This document shows positions 1 through 12,300 of a stretch of 64,000 bases of DNA, piece by piece. The stretch's first letter is position 1; the number at the start of each line of letters is the position of its first letter. A program made the position numbers and the translations under genes. The notes under the pieces are model-generated. The model was not told where the DNA came from. It worked only from the letters and a program-made list of their open reading frames with translations, and made no database searches. Origin of the DNA: Camelus ferus (lineage: Eukaryota); contig NC_045697.1 of assembly GCF_009834535.1 (NCBI RefSeq), forward strand, positions 4,962,001 to 5,026,000. Direction: 5' to 3'.

Positions 1-209
1 GGACCGTGAGTCACGGTCAGCAGAGGGTAGGTAACATCTGAGTTAAGATGAAGAAACTGCGCCCCTAAGGGGTTTAGAAACTTGACAAATGTCCCTCTGG
101 CTCTGGTACCGACATGGGATCAGACGTCCTGACAGCCAGGATGGTTAGAGCCCTCTGTGCCTGGCGCCTGACTCAGAAACAACCTTATTTTAGCCCAGGT
201 GGCACCTAA

Positions 210-445
210 TAGGAAACACCCAGAATAAGAAATTCCACAGAGACAGAAGGCGGGTCAGGGCTGCCAGGCCTGGGGGAGGAGGGGATGGGGAGTGACTGCT
301 CACTCGGGTTCCCCTCGGTGATGAAAATGCTCTGGAACTCGACAGAGGTGGTGGTGACACAACACTATGAATGCACTAGAGCCACTGTGTTCATTTCAGA
401 ACAGTTCATTTTACATTATGTGAATTCCATCTCAATTATAAAACA
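210..445 (+). mobile_element. Old L1 3' end (L1MB-like)
   Basis: ggggatggggagtgactgct...gtgatgaaaatgctctggaact...tgaatgcacta...tgtgaattccatctcaat resembles L1M 3'UTRs. Confidence 0.75.
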
Positions 446-1277
446 AATGGAGGGTAGAGGCCAGGGTGTGGTGGACACTCCCACTTCAAGGGACCGCCGT
501 TGTCCTGGGGGTCTCCTGGCCCTGCCGCATCCTAAGCTGCTGGGTGGTGGTTCATCTCACTGCCTCAGCCCCAACTCCTCAGGCAGGAGCGCATCCCAGG
601 CTCTGATTGCTCACACTGGCTTCCAGGAAAGTTTTGGGAAATGTGCTTAATTTCTAGCAAGTTAATTTGTAGACATACTTCCCTTTCACAGGCGTCAGAG
701 CAGCCAAACTGCCTCAGAGAACCAGGACACGTTGTGATTAAAGATGTCTTGACTCAGTTTTCAGACAAGCATTCGGATGGCATGGGAGCAGGAAGGGTCA
801 GACAAGGCTGATGAGGGTGGACGTGGATGCTCGAATCTGGACTCTGGATTGGCACCTGGACACTTGAATCCAACGGATGGCCAGATCTCAGCTGCCCTCC
901 AGCGACCCTCTCCACTGCCTTTGTATTTTATAGCACATTCACCCGAGGGTTCTCCTTTCCTCTTCTCAACAACCTCAGGGTCATATTTTCATTGGACCCA
1001 TTTCACTGAAGAGGTTCAGAGAGGGACAGCAGTGTCCAGGAAGTCACACAGCAGGGAGGAGCAAGGCTGAGGTTTGCCTTACACACTGGCCGAACCCCAA
1101 GGTGAAATAGGTTCGTAGCAACATTTAAGTGCAAAAACATCCTCAGTCTACATCAGGGGGACGTTGGGACTGGGAGTTGGAGGAAATATTTCTTTGGATT
1201 ATTTGAATCTCACAAAGAAAGCAAGATGTTGTGCTGGGAACCAGGAAGGTCAGTGTGGCCAAAGCTGAGTGAACAAG

Positions 1278-1420
1278 CCTCTTTGCCTCAGTTTTGTAAA
1301 ATGTGAGCAATAGTAACAGTTTATTCACAGGGTTCTTATGAGGATGAAGGAAAAAATGCATGCTGAGCGCTAAGCCCGGTGCCTGGCTGGTCCACAGTGA
1401 ATGCTCCAGAAATCTTGGGC
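1278..1420 (+). mobile_element. MIR SINE fragment
   Basis: ctttgcctcagtttt..gtaaaatg...cacagggttcttatgaggat...gtgcctggc MIR core. Confidence 0.7.
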
Positions 1421-1664
1421 CTGGTTTTAGTAGCAGAATTATCATTCAAACCTCACCTTCTTAGCATACTTGGCCTCCCCACGGTCCACCCAGGCAGCCT
1501 AGGCATCAGCCAAACTTCATCCTTCTCAGCCTCCTGACCTGTCAGTCTCCAGACCCGCTGAGTTTCGCATTTCCAACACCTTTTTGTCCATTTCTTCCCA
1601 TCCATCCTAGATCAACCTGAATTCAAGGGTGGTGAGCGTACCTGTTCATTAAACACCCGGTGAG

Positions 1665-2080
1665 CAATCTGCACCAACATGGATGGACCTAGAGATCATC
1701 CTACTAAGTGAAGTAAGTCAGACAGAGAAAGACAAGTATCGCATGTTATCACTTACATGTGGAATCTAAAAAGAGAAGCCAAATGAACTTGTTTACAAAA
1801 CAGAAACCTACTCGCAGACAAGAAAACAAACTGATGGTGACCAAAGGGGAAAGAGGGAGAAGGGATAAATTAGGAGCTCGGGATTAACAGATACAAACCA
1901 CTATACATAAAATAGATAAACAAGGTCCTACTGCACAGCACAGGGAACTATATTCGATGCCTTTTAATAAGCTATAATGAGAAAGAATATGTACACACAT
2001 GTATAACTGAATCACCATGCTGCACACCAGAAACCCGCACAACACTGCAAATCAACTAAACTTCAATAAAAAGAAAAAAA
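1665..2080 (+). mobile_element. Lineage L1 3' end with A-tail and degenerate TSD
   Basis: acatggatggacctagagatcatc...aatcaactaaacttcaataaa-A tail; flanked by aaacacccggtgag (1651) and aaacacccagcgaa (2081). Confidence 0.85.
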
Positions 2081-2835
2081 AAACACCCAGCGAATAAATA
2101 CTTGATTTCCTAGCATGCTCTGGGCTCTGAGCTGGGCTATTTTGCATCCCACGGAGCCCGAGGCTGAGCTCCAGCCTAGAAGGGCTTCCTTCCCCGCATC
2201 ACAATCTGCGCACTTGTCCTTCCCGCTGTGCTAAGGGTTCCGGGAGAGAAGGAGGCGCATCGTGCTTGACAGCTGCGGGCCCAGCCCCCGGCTCACACGG
2301 CGCAGCAGGCAGGGACGCGCCCTCGAGTGCAGGGGTGGCGGTGTGCCCGGGTGGTCCCCATACATCCTTGTCATGCCTGGCAGCCCCAAGCCCATTTGGA
2401 ACTCAGGGTAGAAGCGGCCACTGAGCCCTTCTGTTCCGGCTGTCATGACCAAGTGAGACCTGTCTGCAGCCTGTGACCACACTCCCCGAGGGGGTGACAG
2501 CTTTTCCTCTGCTATACACTTAGGGCTGAGAGAACACCAACATTTATGTCATAATCCCTATGCCACCAACACGACGGCTTTGGTGGCCCGGATCACAGTG
2601 CTTACGGGAGAGGGTATCATACAGGTTTGGAGCTGGAAGGGCCGGTGCCGGACACATATCTGTCGCCATCAGTTCACATATGGATCAGAGCGTGTGGAGA
2701 CTGCATTGGGCAGGTGCGGTGTTTAGGGACTTACTTTATGCACACTACCCTCTTCATCCTCCCAGTCAGCCAATGAGACAGGCACCACAGTGCTCTCCAC
2801 GTTTCGGACGAGAAGGCAGACATGTGAAGTGGGGA

Positions 2836-3274
2836 TGCAGTGGGTGACGAGTGTCCCCAGAGGCCATGTCCAAGTACTAAGCCCAGCACCTGTGGATGGA
2901 GCCTTATCTGGAAACAGGGACATTGCAAATGTAATTAAGTCAAGGACAAGAGATAAAATCATGCCGGATTCCTGGTGGACCCAAAATTCAATGGCGGATT
3001 GCTGTATCAGAGAGAGAAGAGGGAGATCTGAGACGCAGGGGCGGCTGTGGGAGGAGGCAGAGCCTCGAGGGTGGTGGCCACGAGGCAAGGAAGCCCTGGA
3101 GCCCCAGAAGCTGAAGAGCAAGGAAGCCTCCTCCCCGAGAGCTCTGAGGGGGCCTGGCTCTTGGGCACCTGGATATTGAACTTCTGGCTTCCAGAACTGC
3201 AAGAGAATTAATTTCTACTGCTTCAAAGCCACCACGTTTGTGGGACTTTGCTGTGCAGCCCTAGGAGACCAGCG
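2836..3274 (+). mobile_element. MaLR LTR (MLT1C/D-like)
   Basis: ccttatctggaaacagggacattgcaaatgtaattaagt ... cttctggcttccagaactgcaagagaattaatttct ... gcagccctagga. Confidence 0.8.
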
Positions 3275-3769
3275 AGAGGGGCTGGGAACTTGCTCCGGGT
3301 TGTGCAGCTGGGATGGCAGAGCTGGGATTGGCCTCTCTCGGTTTCTGACTCCCAAGTCCCTTCTCCCACACTGAGGGGACGGCCGGGGTGATGGACTTAC
3401 CTGGGGTGGGTCCTGACGCACTCTTCCACCCTCCTCTCCTCCATCACGGGGCCCCACTACACAACAGACACCTAATCAGCACATGTCAAGCTGCACGCCA
3501 GTTTCACCCTTGCTGCCATAGAGCTGGTCCAGCTCAGCACTTGTTGGCTTCAGAAGTACACGGCCTAGGAGTGCCAGCTGGGCAGAGGTGCAGGGTCCCT
3601 TGGAACCATCACGTCCTCGTCCCTCTGTGTTAGGACTGGCTGCCAGGCTTGAGGGACAGGAGGGGTCTGCCTTGGTGACCACTCACCAACCCTGGGCTCA
3701 TGTCAGAACACCCGGTCCTGACTCCCAGGTTTCAGGGAGTTCCCATTATTGTAACAGTTAAATTCAGTC

Positions 3770-4860
3770 ATTGATGCCAGTTGACCCTACCTCCTTATTA
3801 ACTCCTGTACCCTCTTCTTCCTCTTCATTGACATGGCCTGCGTTCAGGTCCCCATTCTTTCCTCCTGGTCTCCTGTACCAGCTTCCCCACCAGTCCTCTG
3901 GCCTCCAGAGTCCCTTCCTCCAGTCTGTCCTTCTGGCTACTGACGGGGGAGTTACCTTTCTGATACGCAACTCAGATCACAGCAGTACCCTGCTTAAAGA
4001 TCCTCCTCTCATGATGGCTGTTTCACAGTTCGTGCCCCCAGGAATGCTGCCAGCTCTGTGTGAGGCTGATAGATTCTGGTGGAGAAAGGATCCTGAGGTC
4101 AAACATGTCTGGGAAATGATGAGGTTCAACTATATTCTTTCTTGCAGACGCCTCAGGGTCTTTAATGACTCAATAGCAAGCATGGCTTGGAAACTGACTT
4201 GACTTGATCCTGGAATCTTTCCAATTTCTCAGTGGACCAGTACCAGGTAGCAGGGCTGGAAACCCATGTGGCCTAGAGGGTGGTCTAAATTCTGTGGTCC
4301 AGCACTCAGGCACCTCAGCCCCTGCCTGCAGATCTTCCAAGCTGTTACCATGGCCCTAGGCTTGCCCATGGCCACCCTGGGCTCCAGCTGCACATGGTCT
4401 TTGCTGCTCCTAGAACCCCCTGTCTGTCTGTCTCTTGCTTTCTCCCTTAATCCACCAGGCTCTCTCACAAAGGGTGGATCTCCAGAGTCAGATCTTCCAG
4501 GAACTGACTGTGTACCAGATACTCTGTGTGCTTTTTTTTTAACTGAAGGATAGTCAGTTACAATGTGTCAGTTTCCACATGTGTCTTGATGTGTGTCATG
4601 TACCCCTCAAAATACATCTCCACTATTATTATCTCACAATCCCCTCCCTCCTGATTAGAATAGGGCTTCCTCTTTACTCCCAAATTCCCCTGGCACCTCT
4701 CCACGGTACACTCCTGCTGCATTTTTGCTTATTTGTCTGCTTCTTGCTAGACTCTGAGCTCCTTGAGGGCAGCGACTGTCATGTTCTCCCTGGCACCCCC
4801 AAGCCTTGTCTGGCATGAAGACGTAGGAAAGGTTCGTTGACTGACTAAAGAAATGAATGA
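3770..4860 (+). mobile_element. Scattered L2 fragments ending in an L2 3' tail
   Basis: ctagactctgagctccttgagggcag...gttgactgactaaagaaatgaatga at 4740-4860; pyrimidine-rich L2-like text at 3770-4000. Confidence 0.5.
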
Positions 4861-6040
4861 TCATAAAAAAAATAGCGCCCCTGCAACGTGCCAAGCACTA
4901 TTCTAAGCTCCTGAGCCTCTGCTGCTAAGAACCGCTCAATACCAGGCATCTGTCGTGAGCCAAACCTTGTTTTAAGGGTTTGGCAAGTATTAACTCATTT
5001 AATCTTCACAATGGCATGGAATTTGGGCCAGCTGCTGCTGAGTCTCGCCGAGGAAGGAACCAGGATGCTCTGGGCCGACGCTGTTAAGTCTAGGACTGGG
5101 GGTCCCCGGAGCAGAGTGAGGGATGAGGGCTCTGAAGGGGGAGCTCTGACTGCCCAGAACAGCAAATGACAAACCAAGTAGATAGTTGAAGTCAGCTATG
5201 GCCATGCCCAGAAAGGATGTTCAGGGTCTCAGGTCTGGGTACACCTGCAGGGGTAATGGATGAATGAAATTCTCCAAGGTCTTCCAGAAAAAAAGCAAAC
5301 AAACAAGCAAACAAAAACTTTTGCAATGCCCTCGTGGCCGAAGGGCCAACCCTGAATCTATTTTAAGTCACTGGAAATGCCAACTGTAACTGCCATCATC
5401 TTGCACCAAACAGTCGTGGAGCTTTCAAGGGCACGGAGACTCCTTTAAACCACCCCACCCATCTTCAAAGTATCCTAGGCCCCAGATGACGAAACGGAGG
5501 CGCACAGAGGTCAAGGGGCAGGCTCAGGGCCGGCAGTGAGAGGAACAGTGTGGATGGGATGCTGTTCTTACAACTTTTAGGCAGGGGCTCAACACAGCTG
5601 TTCCATTATTGTCACGAGCAATGGCTTCATTTATGACACCAAGAGTTGCAATATTAATGCGGCCATTTATTAAACATCTACAGTGTGTGAGAAGCTCTTT
5701 AAGCTTCTTTATGCATATAACTTACTGGTCAGGAAAGCCAACACTTACAGAGCCCTTACCACAGTGTCCCATGTATTACCTCATTTTATCCTCAGAAGGA
5801 CTTTGTGAGGCAAGTACAATCATTACTTCCATTTCAGGGAGCCAGGCTTGGAGAGGTTAAGGGACATGTCCAGGTGACGCCGTTACCGAGGCTCTCAGCC
5901 TCATCTGAACCCTGGCCTCCCCTATTCTCCAGTGTCACCCAAAATGACAATCAGAATCGTGCTCTCCTTCAAAATTCAGATTTTCTGCCAAGTTATACCA
6001 GCTTTGTGAAGATGCTGAAAATATAAATAATGTATCAAAA

Positions 6041-6068
6041 TATATATATATATATATACACACACACA
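6041..6068. repeat. (TA)n(CA)n microsatellite
   Basis: tatatatatatatatatacacacacaca. Confidence 0.9.
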
Positions 6069-8936
6069 ATATACACTTTATATGTCTTGTATTCCAAAAT
6101 CTCTCTAAGGTCAATATATTAAATCTGCGAACTCAATTGGAACCCAAATCAAGTGTATTTATGAAGGTCCAGTAATTCTACATTTGAGGAAAGGTTTTGA
6201 CATCATCCAAAAGAGAAAAATGTGTGGTCCGCCATTAGGATGCCCATTAACAAGAGGGGCCCTCCAGTCACACTCCCCGGCAGCTCTGCTTCCCTCCCCG
6301 CTCCGCCCCCGGCACCCTCGCTGGCCGCCGCACGCTCCTAGGCATACTTGTGAGCCCGCGAATGCCTATGCTGGGCTGGGCGGACACCCGGCTCAGCGGG
6401 AGCTGCCTCCCCAGCCCCGCCCAGTGAGGTGCGCAGATCAGCCTCATCATCCCGCTGATCTTTTCCACCAGGAGCCAAGCAATTCTGCAGATGCAGGTTT
6501 TAAATGGAAAGTGAGTCTTGATATCAAAGCACATCACAGAATTGGCCTCCCAGAAAAGCCAGAACGTGGGGCATCGACCAAAAGAGATGGCGATACCGCC
6601 CTGAGGAAGTGTAAGTACACATTTGCTGGAATTTGCCACCTTCTGCTCAGCAGAGTTTATGTCCTCTTTAGACGAAAAATATGGGGAGAAGCGCACGGAA
6701 ACCTCCTAAGAGTGATTATTAGCCTGCCGCTTTAGTCCTGTGATTACCCTGAAGGCTGTGATTGCCGCAGCAGAGAGCGACCTGCTATTCCACGTCTAGC
6801 TTTCAAGCTGACTGGCTTGCAGGATGGGTCTGCACAGCGAACGCCTCCCTCGGGCCCCGGGAGTGCAGCATTACCGCGCGTCAGCCTGCAGGGTAATTTC
6901 CTTCCCACCCTACATTTTGTAGGTGAGGAATCTGAAGCCGCCAGGATCAGTGACTTCCAGCCCAGCTGGGGCTGCAGCCCAGGTCTCCTGCCCACTGAAC
7001 CTGTCTTCATGGCAAGATCCGTCTCCAGCTTGCCCAGCCCGGCTGGCAGGATGGCCAGATCCGTGCAGCCAGCCACCTCCTGGACACCTCCACCTGGAGG
7101 CCCCACAGGCATTGCATATTAAGTCCGTCCAAGCCAACTGCCCCTGGTCTCCGCTGTTCAGTTTCTCAAGTCAGAAACCTGGGAGTCTCATAGACTTTGT
7201 CCCTCCCTCAGACCCTGCTCTTCATCATTCGATTGATTCTCAAGACTCATCATCTTTCCCTTCCAGAATCTTCCTCTCCTCTCTGGTCCTTTTTCATCAC
7301 TGCCTCCACTCATGACAGGCCCCCACCTACGCCAGCCCGGGGCTCTTTAATCCCGCTGTACCTGCTCCTGAGATAGCATTCTAAGTCAGTAGCATCAGTG
7401 AAACGGAGGGACTGAGTGTGGTGACGATTCAGACCTGCAGCTTAACCTGCAGCGCCGGGGCAAGCTGCCTATCCTCTTGCTGGTACCTCGGTTTTCCTCA
7501 TCTGTGAAGAGGAATAGTAACGTCTGCTACACGATGTTATCGTGAAGAGAAAACTGACATTCTGCATGTTTTACTGAGCACAAAGTTCTCAATAAATGCA
7601 ATCTAACGTTGTTGCATTATCATTCACATGTTCACATCACTTAATTAACATCACTCCAAATTTTTCTACTTACTGTAGAATAAAGTTCAAACTCCTTAGC
7701 GTGAAAACTTCCCAAAGCCAGGCTCCACCCTTCTCATATTTTGGCCACTGTCATTATTATGCCCATTGGGCCAACCTCAAATAATAGGGCATGCTTTATT
7801 TTTCATCTTCTATGACTTGCCTGGTAGTCTTTATCCTAGTCTTTATATTCATGAACTCCTACTCATACTTCAAAATCCAGTCCAAATTTTCTGCCTCCCT
7901 GTGGAGTGCTCATCAAGTCCGCTCCTGTTCCTCAGCTCTCCTATTTTCCCCTCTCCTGACCAAGTACATCCATCTATGTTCTCAATTCTCACCAAACCCT
8001 GACTGTTCCTCCCCTGCCGCCCTGATCATGCCATATTGTAATCAAGGATGCACATGTCTGCCTTCCTCACTGGACTGTGAGCTCTTTGCACAGGGATATG
8101 ACTAGGTCAGGGCCATAACCTCAGGGATTAGCATGAAGCTGGTCTAGAAGTAGGTGCTCAGGGGATCAGAGTAGCCGAGGCTGAAGTCACAGAGTCCTGG
8201 CGTTGGGTCTCAGTGGCTCCCTTTGCTGCTGACCCCTGGGCAAGCACTTAACCTCTGCAGAAGTCTCAGAATTCATGGAATAATAACAGCACCCGCCCCA
8301 TAGGGAGATAATGTACATGACTCAATTAAAACATAGACTGATGTATTTAGCAAGGTCCCAACAGATGTGAGCAAGTTATTATTATATCAATTCATTATTG
8401 AAGGAGAAATGAAATGCACACACAAACCGAAGCCCAACTCACAGAGGTACGTGTTTGTATATGTTCCTCCGGATGATTTAAGAGCTCTCTCATCATTCTT
8501 TGCATTAAAGTGTGCTGAAAAGCCGTGAGAGCAGGGATCGGCAGCATGCCTAGCCTCTGTCTGGACCCCTTGGGGGGAATTCATGTTTCTTTGGCTTTAT
8601 ATCCTGGTAGGTGAACTCAGGTGTCACACACACATTCATCTGAGATGAAATGAAACTGCTGCATCAGTCTGACAATTTCTCTCTCTCAGGGGATGCTAGT
8701 AGCATTAATAGCAACACAAGACTCATTTCATTAAGGTATATAAGACACTGCTCAGGTGTGGATCAGGAGGACCTCACATGTCTGCATGGGAAGAGGAAGA
8801 ACAGGGGAAGTTTATCTTGTTGAGTAAATACAGAGGCTCTGATGAGGTGCGGAAGCAGCAACTGATGCACCAGCACCAGAGAACTACTCCAGACTACATG
8901 CCAGACTAACTTACCTGATTTTTTAAAAAAGACCTT

Positions 8937-9381
8937 TGCATACTAAGTAAGTCAGAAAGAGAAAGAAAAATACCATATGGTATCACTTGTATGAGGAATC
9001 TAAAAAAATAAGACAAATGAACTTATATACAAAACAGAAACAGACTCACAGATGTATTCTGGAGATTCCTCAAAAGAGTAAAAATAGACTTACCATATGG
9101 TCCAGCAATCCCACTCCTGGACATATATCCAGAGGGAACTTTAATTCAAAAAGATATATACACCCTAATGTTCATAGCAGCACTATTTACAATGGCCAAG
9201 ACATGGAAACAACCTAAATGTCCATCTATAGATGACTGGGTAAAGAAGCTGTGGTATATTTATACAATAGAATACTATTCAGCCACGAAAAAGAATAAAT
9301 CAGTGCCACTTGCAACAACATGGATGGACCTGGAGACTGTCATTCGAAGTGAAGTAAGCCAGAAAAAGAAAGAAATATACC
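8937..9381 (+). mobile_element. Two younger L1 ORF2-end/3'UTR segments in permuted order
   Basis: 9054-9381 encodes the ORF2 C-terminus (MFIAALFTMAKTWKQPKCPS...). 8937-9053 is the sequence that normally follows it. Confidence 0.8.
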
Positions 9382-9384
9382 CTC

Positions 9385-12300
9385 CCCTGGATGTCCAGTT
9401 TTTAACCAAAAGTTACAAGACACATGACAAAGCAAAAGGAAAAACAAAAACCCAATGTGAAGAAACAAAGCAACCAGCAGAAATATACTCAGAGAGGGAC
9501 TAGATATTAGAACTAACAGACAAGGGATTAAAACTATATCAAAATCTCTTAATGGAAAAGGTGGGCAACATGCATTAAAAGATGGGGATCTCAGCAGAAA
9601 ATGGAAATTATTTTTTAAAAAAAGGTGTAAATGTTAATTAAGAAAACCCAACGTACTGCCAGAGAGGGGGCATGCCTTCAACAGGCTCATCAATAGACAG
9701 TAAAGAAAAGGAGTGAACTTGAAGATAAATCAAAAGAAATGACCGAAAACGGAGCATTGAGAGAAAAAAGTGAAAGAAAGAGAAACACACAGAGCATCCA
9801 GATGCTGCGGGAAGATATCAAAGGTCTAAATTATCATAATTGAAACCCCCAAAGTGGAGGGAAGAAAGAGAGAGAGGGAGAGAGAGAAAGAGAGAGAGAG
9901 AAGTATTTGCAGATAATGACAAAGAATTTCCCAAAAATGAGCCACAGATCTAAGCTCAGAGAACATCAATCAGGATAAACATCAAAAAGAAAGAAAAACA
10001 ACACACTTAGGCACATCTATCTAAAACAAAGGGAAACAGAAAATCCTGAAGGCAGTTGAAGAAAGAAGGTCTATTACCTACAGAGGAACCAGGGTATTAC
10101 AGCAGATTTGTTGTTGGAATCAATACAAATGTGGAGTGACATATTTAAATGCTGAAAGAGAAAACAGCTGTCAACCCAGAATTCGCTTAAAATATCTTTT
10201 AAAAATGTAAGGCAAATAGAGAATTTTTTCCCCAACAAATACAAACATGAAAGAATTTATTGCCGGTAGCCTCTCCCTGTAAGAATCGCTCAAGGAAGTC
10301 CTTTGGGTAGAATGACTACGATATCAGATAGAAATCAAAGCTACACAAAGAAATAAAGAACACTGGAAATGGGTAAAAGGAGGTTCATATAAAATCAATT
10401 TTTCTTATTTTTAACCACTGCAAGATGTAACTGACTGAAGCAAAAAGAAAAGTAATTAATTATGTATTTATAGCACAATAAAACAAAAGATGGATTGCAA
10501 GACTTGGGAGCATATTACTATAACATTCTCACATCACACATGAAGTGGTCTGATATTTCAAGGTAGATTCTGATTAATTGAAGATGTATATTATAAACAT
10601 AGGGCAACCTCTAAGCTTATAAAAAGTATAAATACTAAACCAATAGAGAAGTTAAAGCAGAATCATAAATGATGATCAACTAATCCAAAATAAGGGAAAA
10701 AAGAGGAAAAAAACCCCAAATAGAACAAATAGAAGAAAAGAGTGAGATGATGGACTTAAATCCAACCATGTCAATAATTTTATCAAGTATAGATGGTCTC
10801 AATCTCAATGGAAAGAGAGACTGTTGGACTAGATAAAAAAGACTGCCTACAAGACATGTACATAAAATATACAGACACAGATGGGGTAAAAATAAGGGGA
10901 TGGAAAAGACCTAATCAGGTTTTGCTAGAAAGGCTGATACTGGTTCATAAGCGCAGACTGAGAGCATCTCTTCCCCACCCTGTGTTCGATGATGTCCCGT
11001 TCGTAACTTGAAATCAGCCATGATGAAAGTACTTCCATCATGAAAGTCAGCAGAATCTGCAAATGAGGGCTTTATTTCTTATTTATCAGATTGCTAGTTA
11101 TTAAACATTCCCCAGCACACTGCTGGATGCACTGTGTGAACGCTAACCAAAAGAAAGCTGAAGAGGCCATATTCATATCAGACAAAGTAGATTTCAGAGC
11201 AAGGAATGAGCTGGACATTATATAATGATAAATGAGGCAATTTATCAAGAAGATGTAACAATCTCAAGTGTGTATGCATCTTAAAACAGAGCATCAAAAT
11301 ATGTGAGACTGAAATGCAAGCAAATATGGACAAATACCCCCAACTACAGTTGGAGATTTCAACACACTTCTCTTAGTAATTGATGTAACAAGTAGACATA
11401 AAATCAATAAGAATGCAAACAAGACCTGAACAGCATTATCAAGCAGCCTGGCCTCATTGACATTTACAGAACACATGCCAGATGAGAACAAACAGGTGCC
11501 TTGCAAGTAAACATGGAATATTCACCAAGATAGGTCATTTCTAGGCCATAAAACAAACTTTACCTATTAAAAAAAGAAAATAAATTATACGGGGTATTTT
11601 TCTGACCATCACAGCATTAAGCTGGACATCAACAACAGAAAAATACACAGACAACTCCCGAATATTGTTGGAAATCACAGAATACATGTGTAAATAACCC
11701 TGAGGAAGTCACAGGGAAGTTAGAAAATGTTTGTAACATAATGAAAATGAAAACATATCAAAATTTGTGGGATACGCTAAAGCTGGACTTAGAACAGAAT
11801 TCACAGCATTTAACACTTTTGTTGGGAAAAAGAAGTTTCAAATCAATGATCTAAATTTCTTCCTTAAGAAACTGGAATAAGAAGAATTAATTAAACCCAA
11901 AGTAAGCAGAAGGAAGGCAGAAATAAAGGTAAGAACAGAAATCAATAAAGTAGAAGTTAGAAAAATAATAAAGAAAAATCAATGAAGGTGAAAACCTGTT
12001 CTTTAAAAAGGTCAATACATTAGATAAATTTCTAGCCAGAATGACTAGGAAAACTCTAGAGGAAATCCAAACTACCAGTTCAGGGATGAAAGAGGGAACA
12101 TCACTGCAAAATCTATACTCACTAAAAGGTTAATAAGGGGTTTTACAAATAACTGTAACCGAAGTCCTTGAAAAGTGAAGTGAAACGGAGGAATTCCTTG
12201 AAAGATATAAATGACCAAATCTTACTTAAGATTTGTTGACTTTTTCTTATCTAAGAAAAAAACAGGTAAACAGAATTGACCCATGTTTATTAAAGAAATT

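Noticed and set aside
2250..2360. CpG-rich patch
   Set aside because: Only about 110 bp, too short for a CpG island, with no other support
9168..9503. ORF with L1 ORF2 C-terminal motif
   Set aside because: Retrotransposon remnant, not a gene; the same applies to 20151-20465 and 38648-38956
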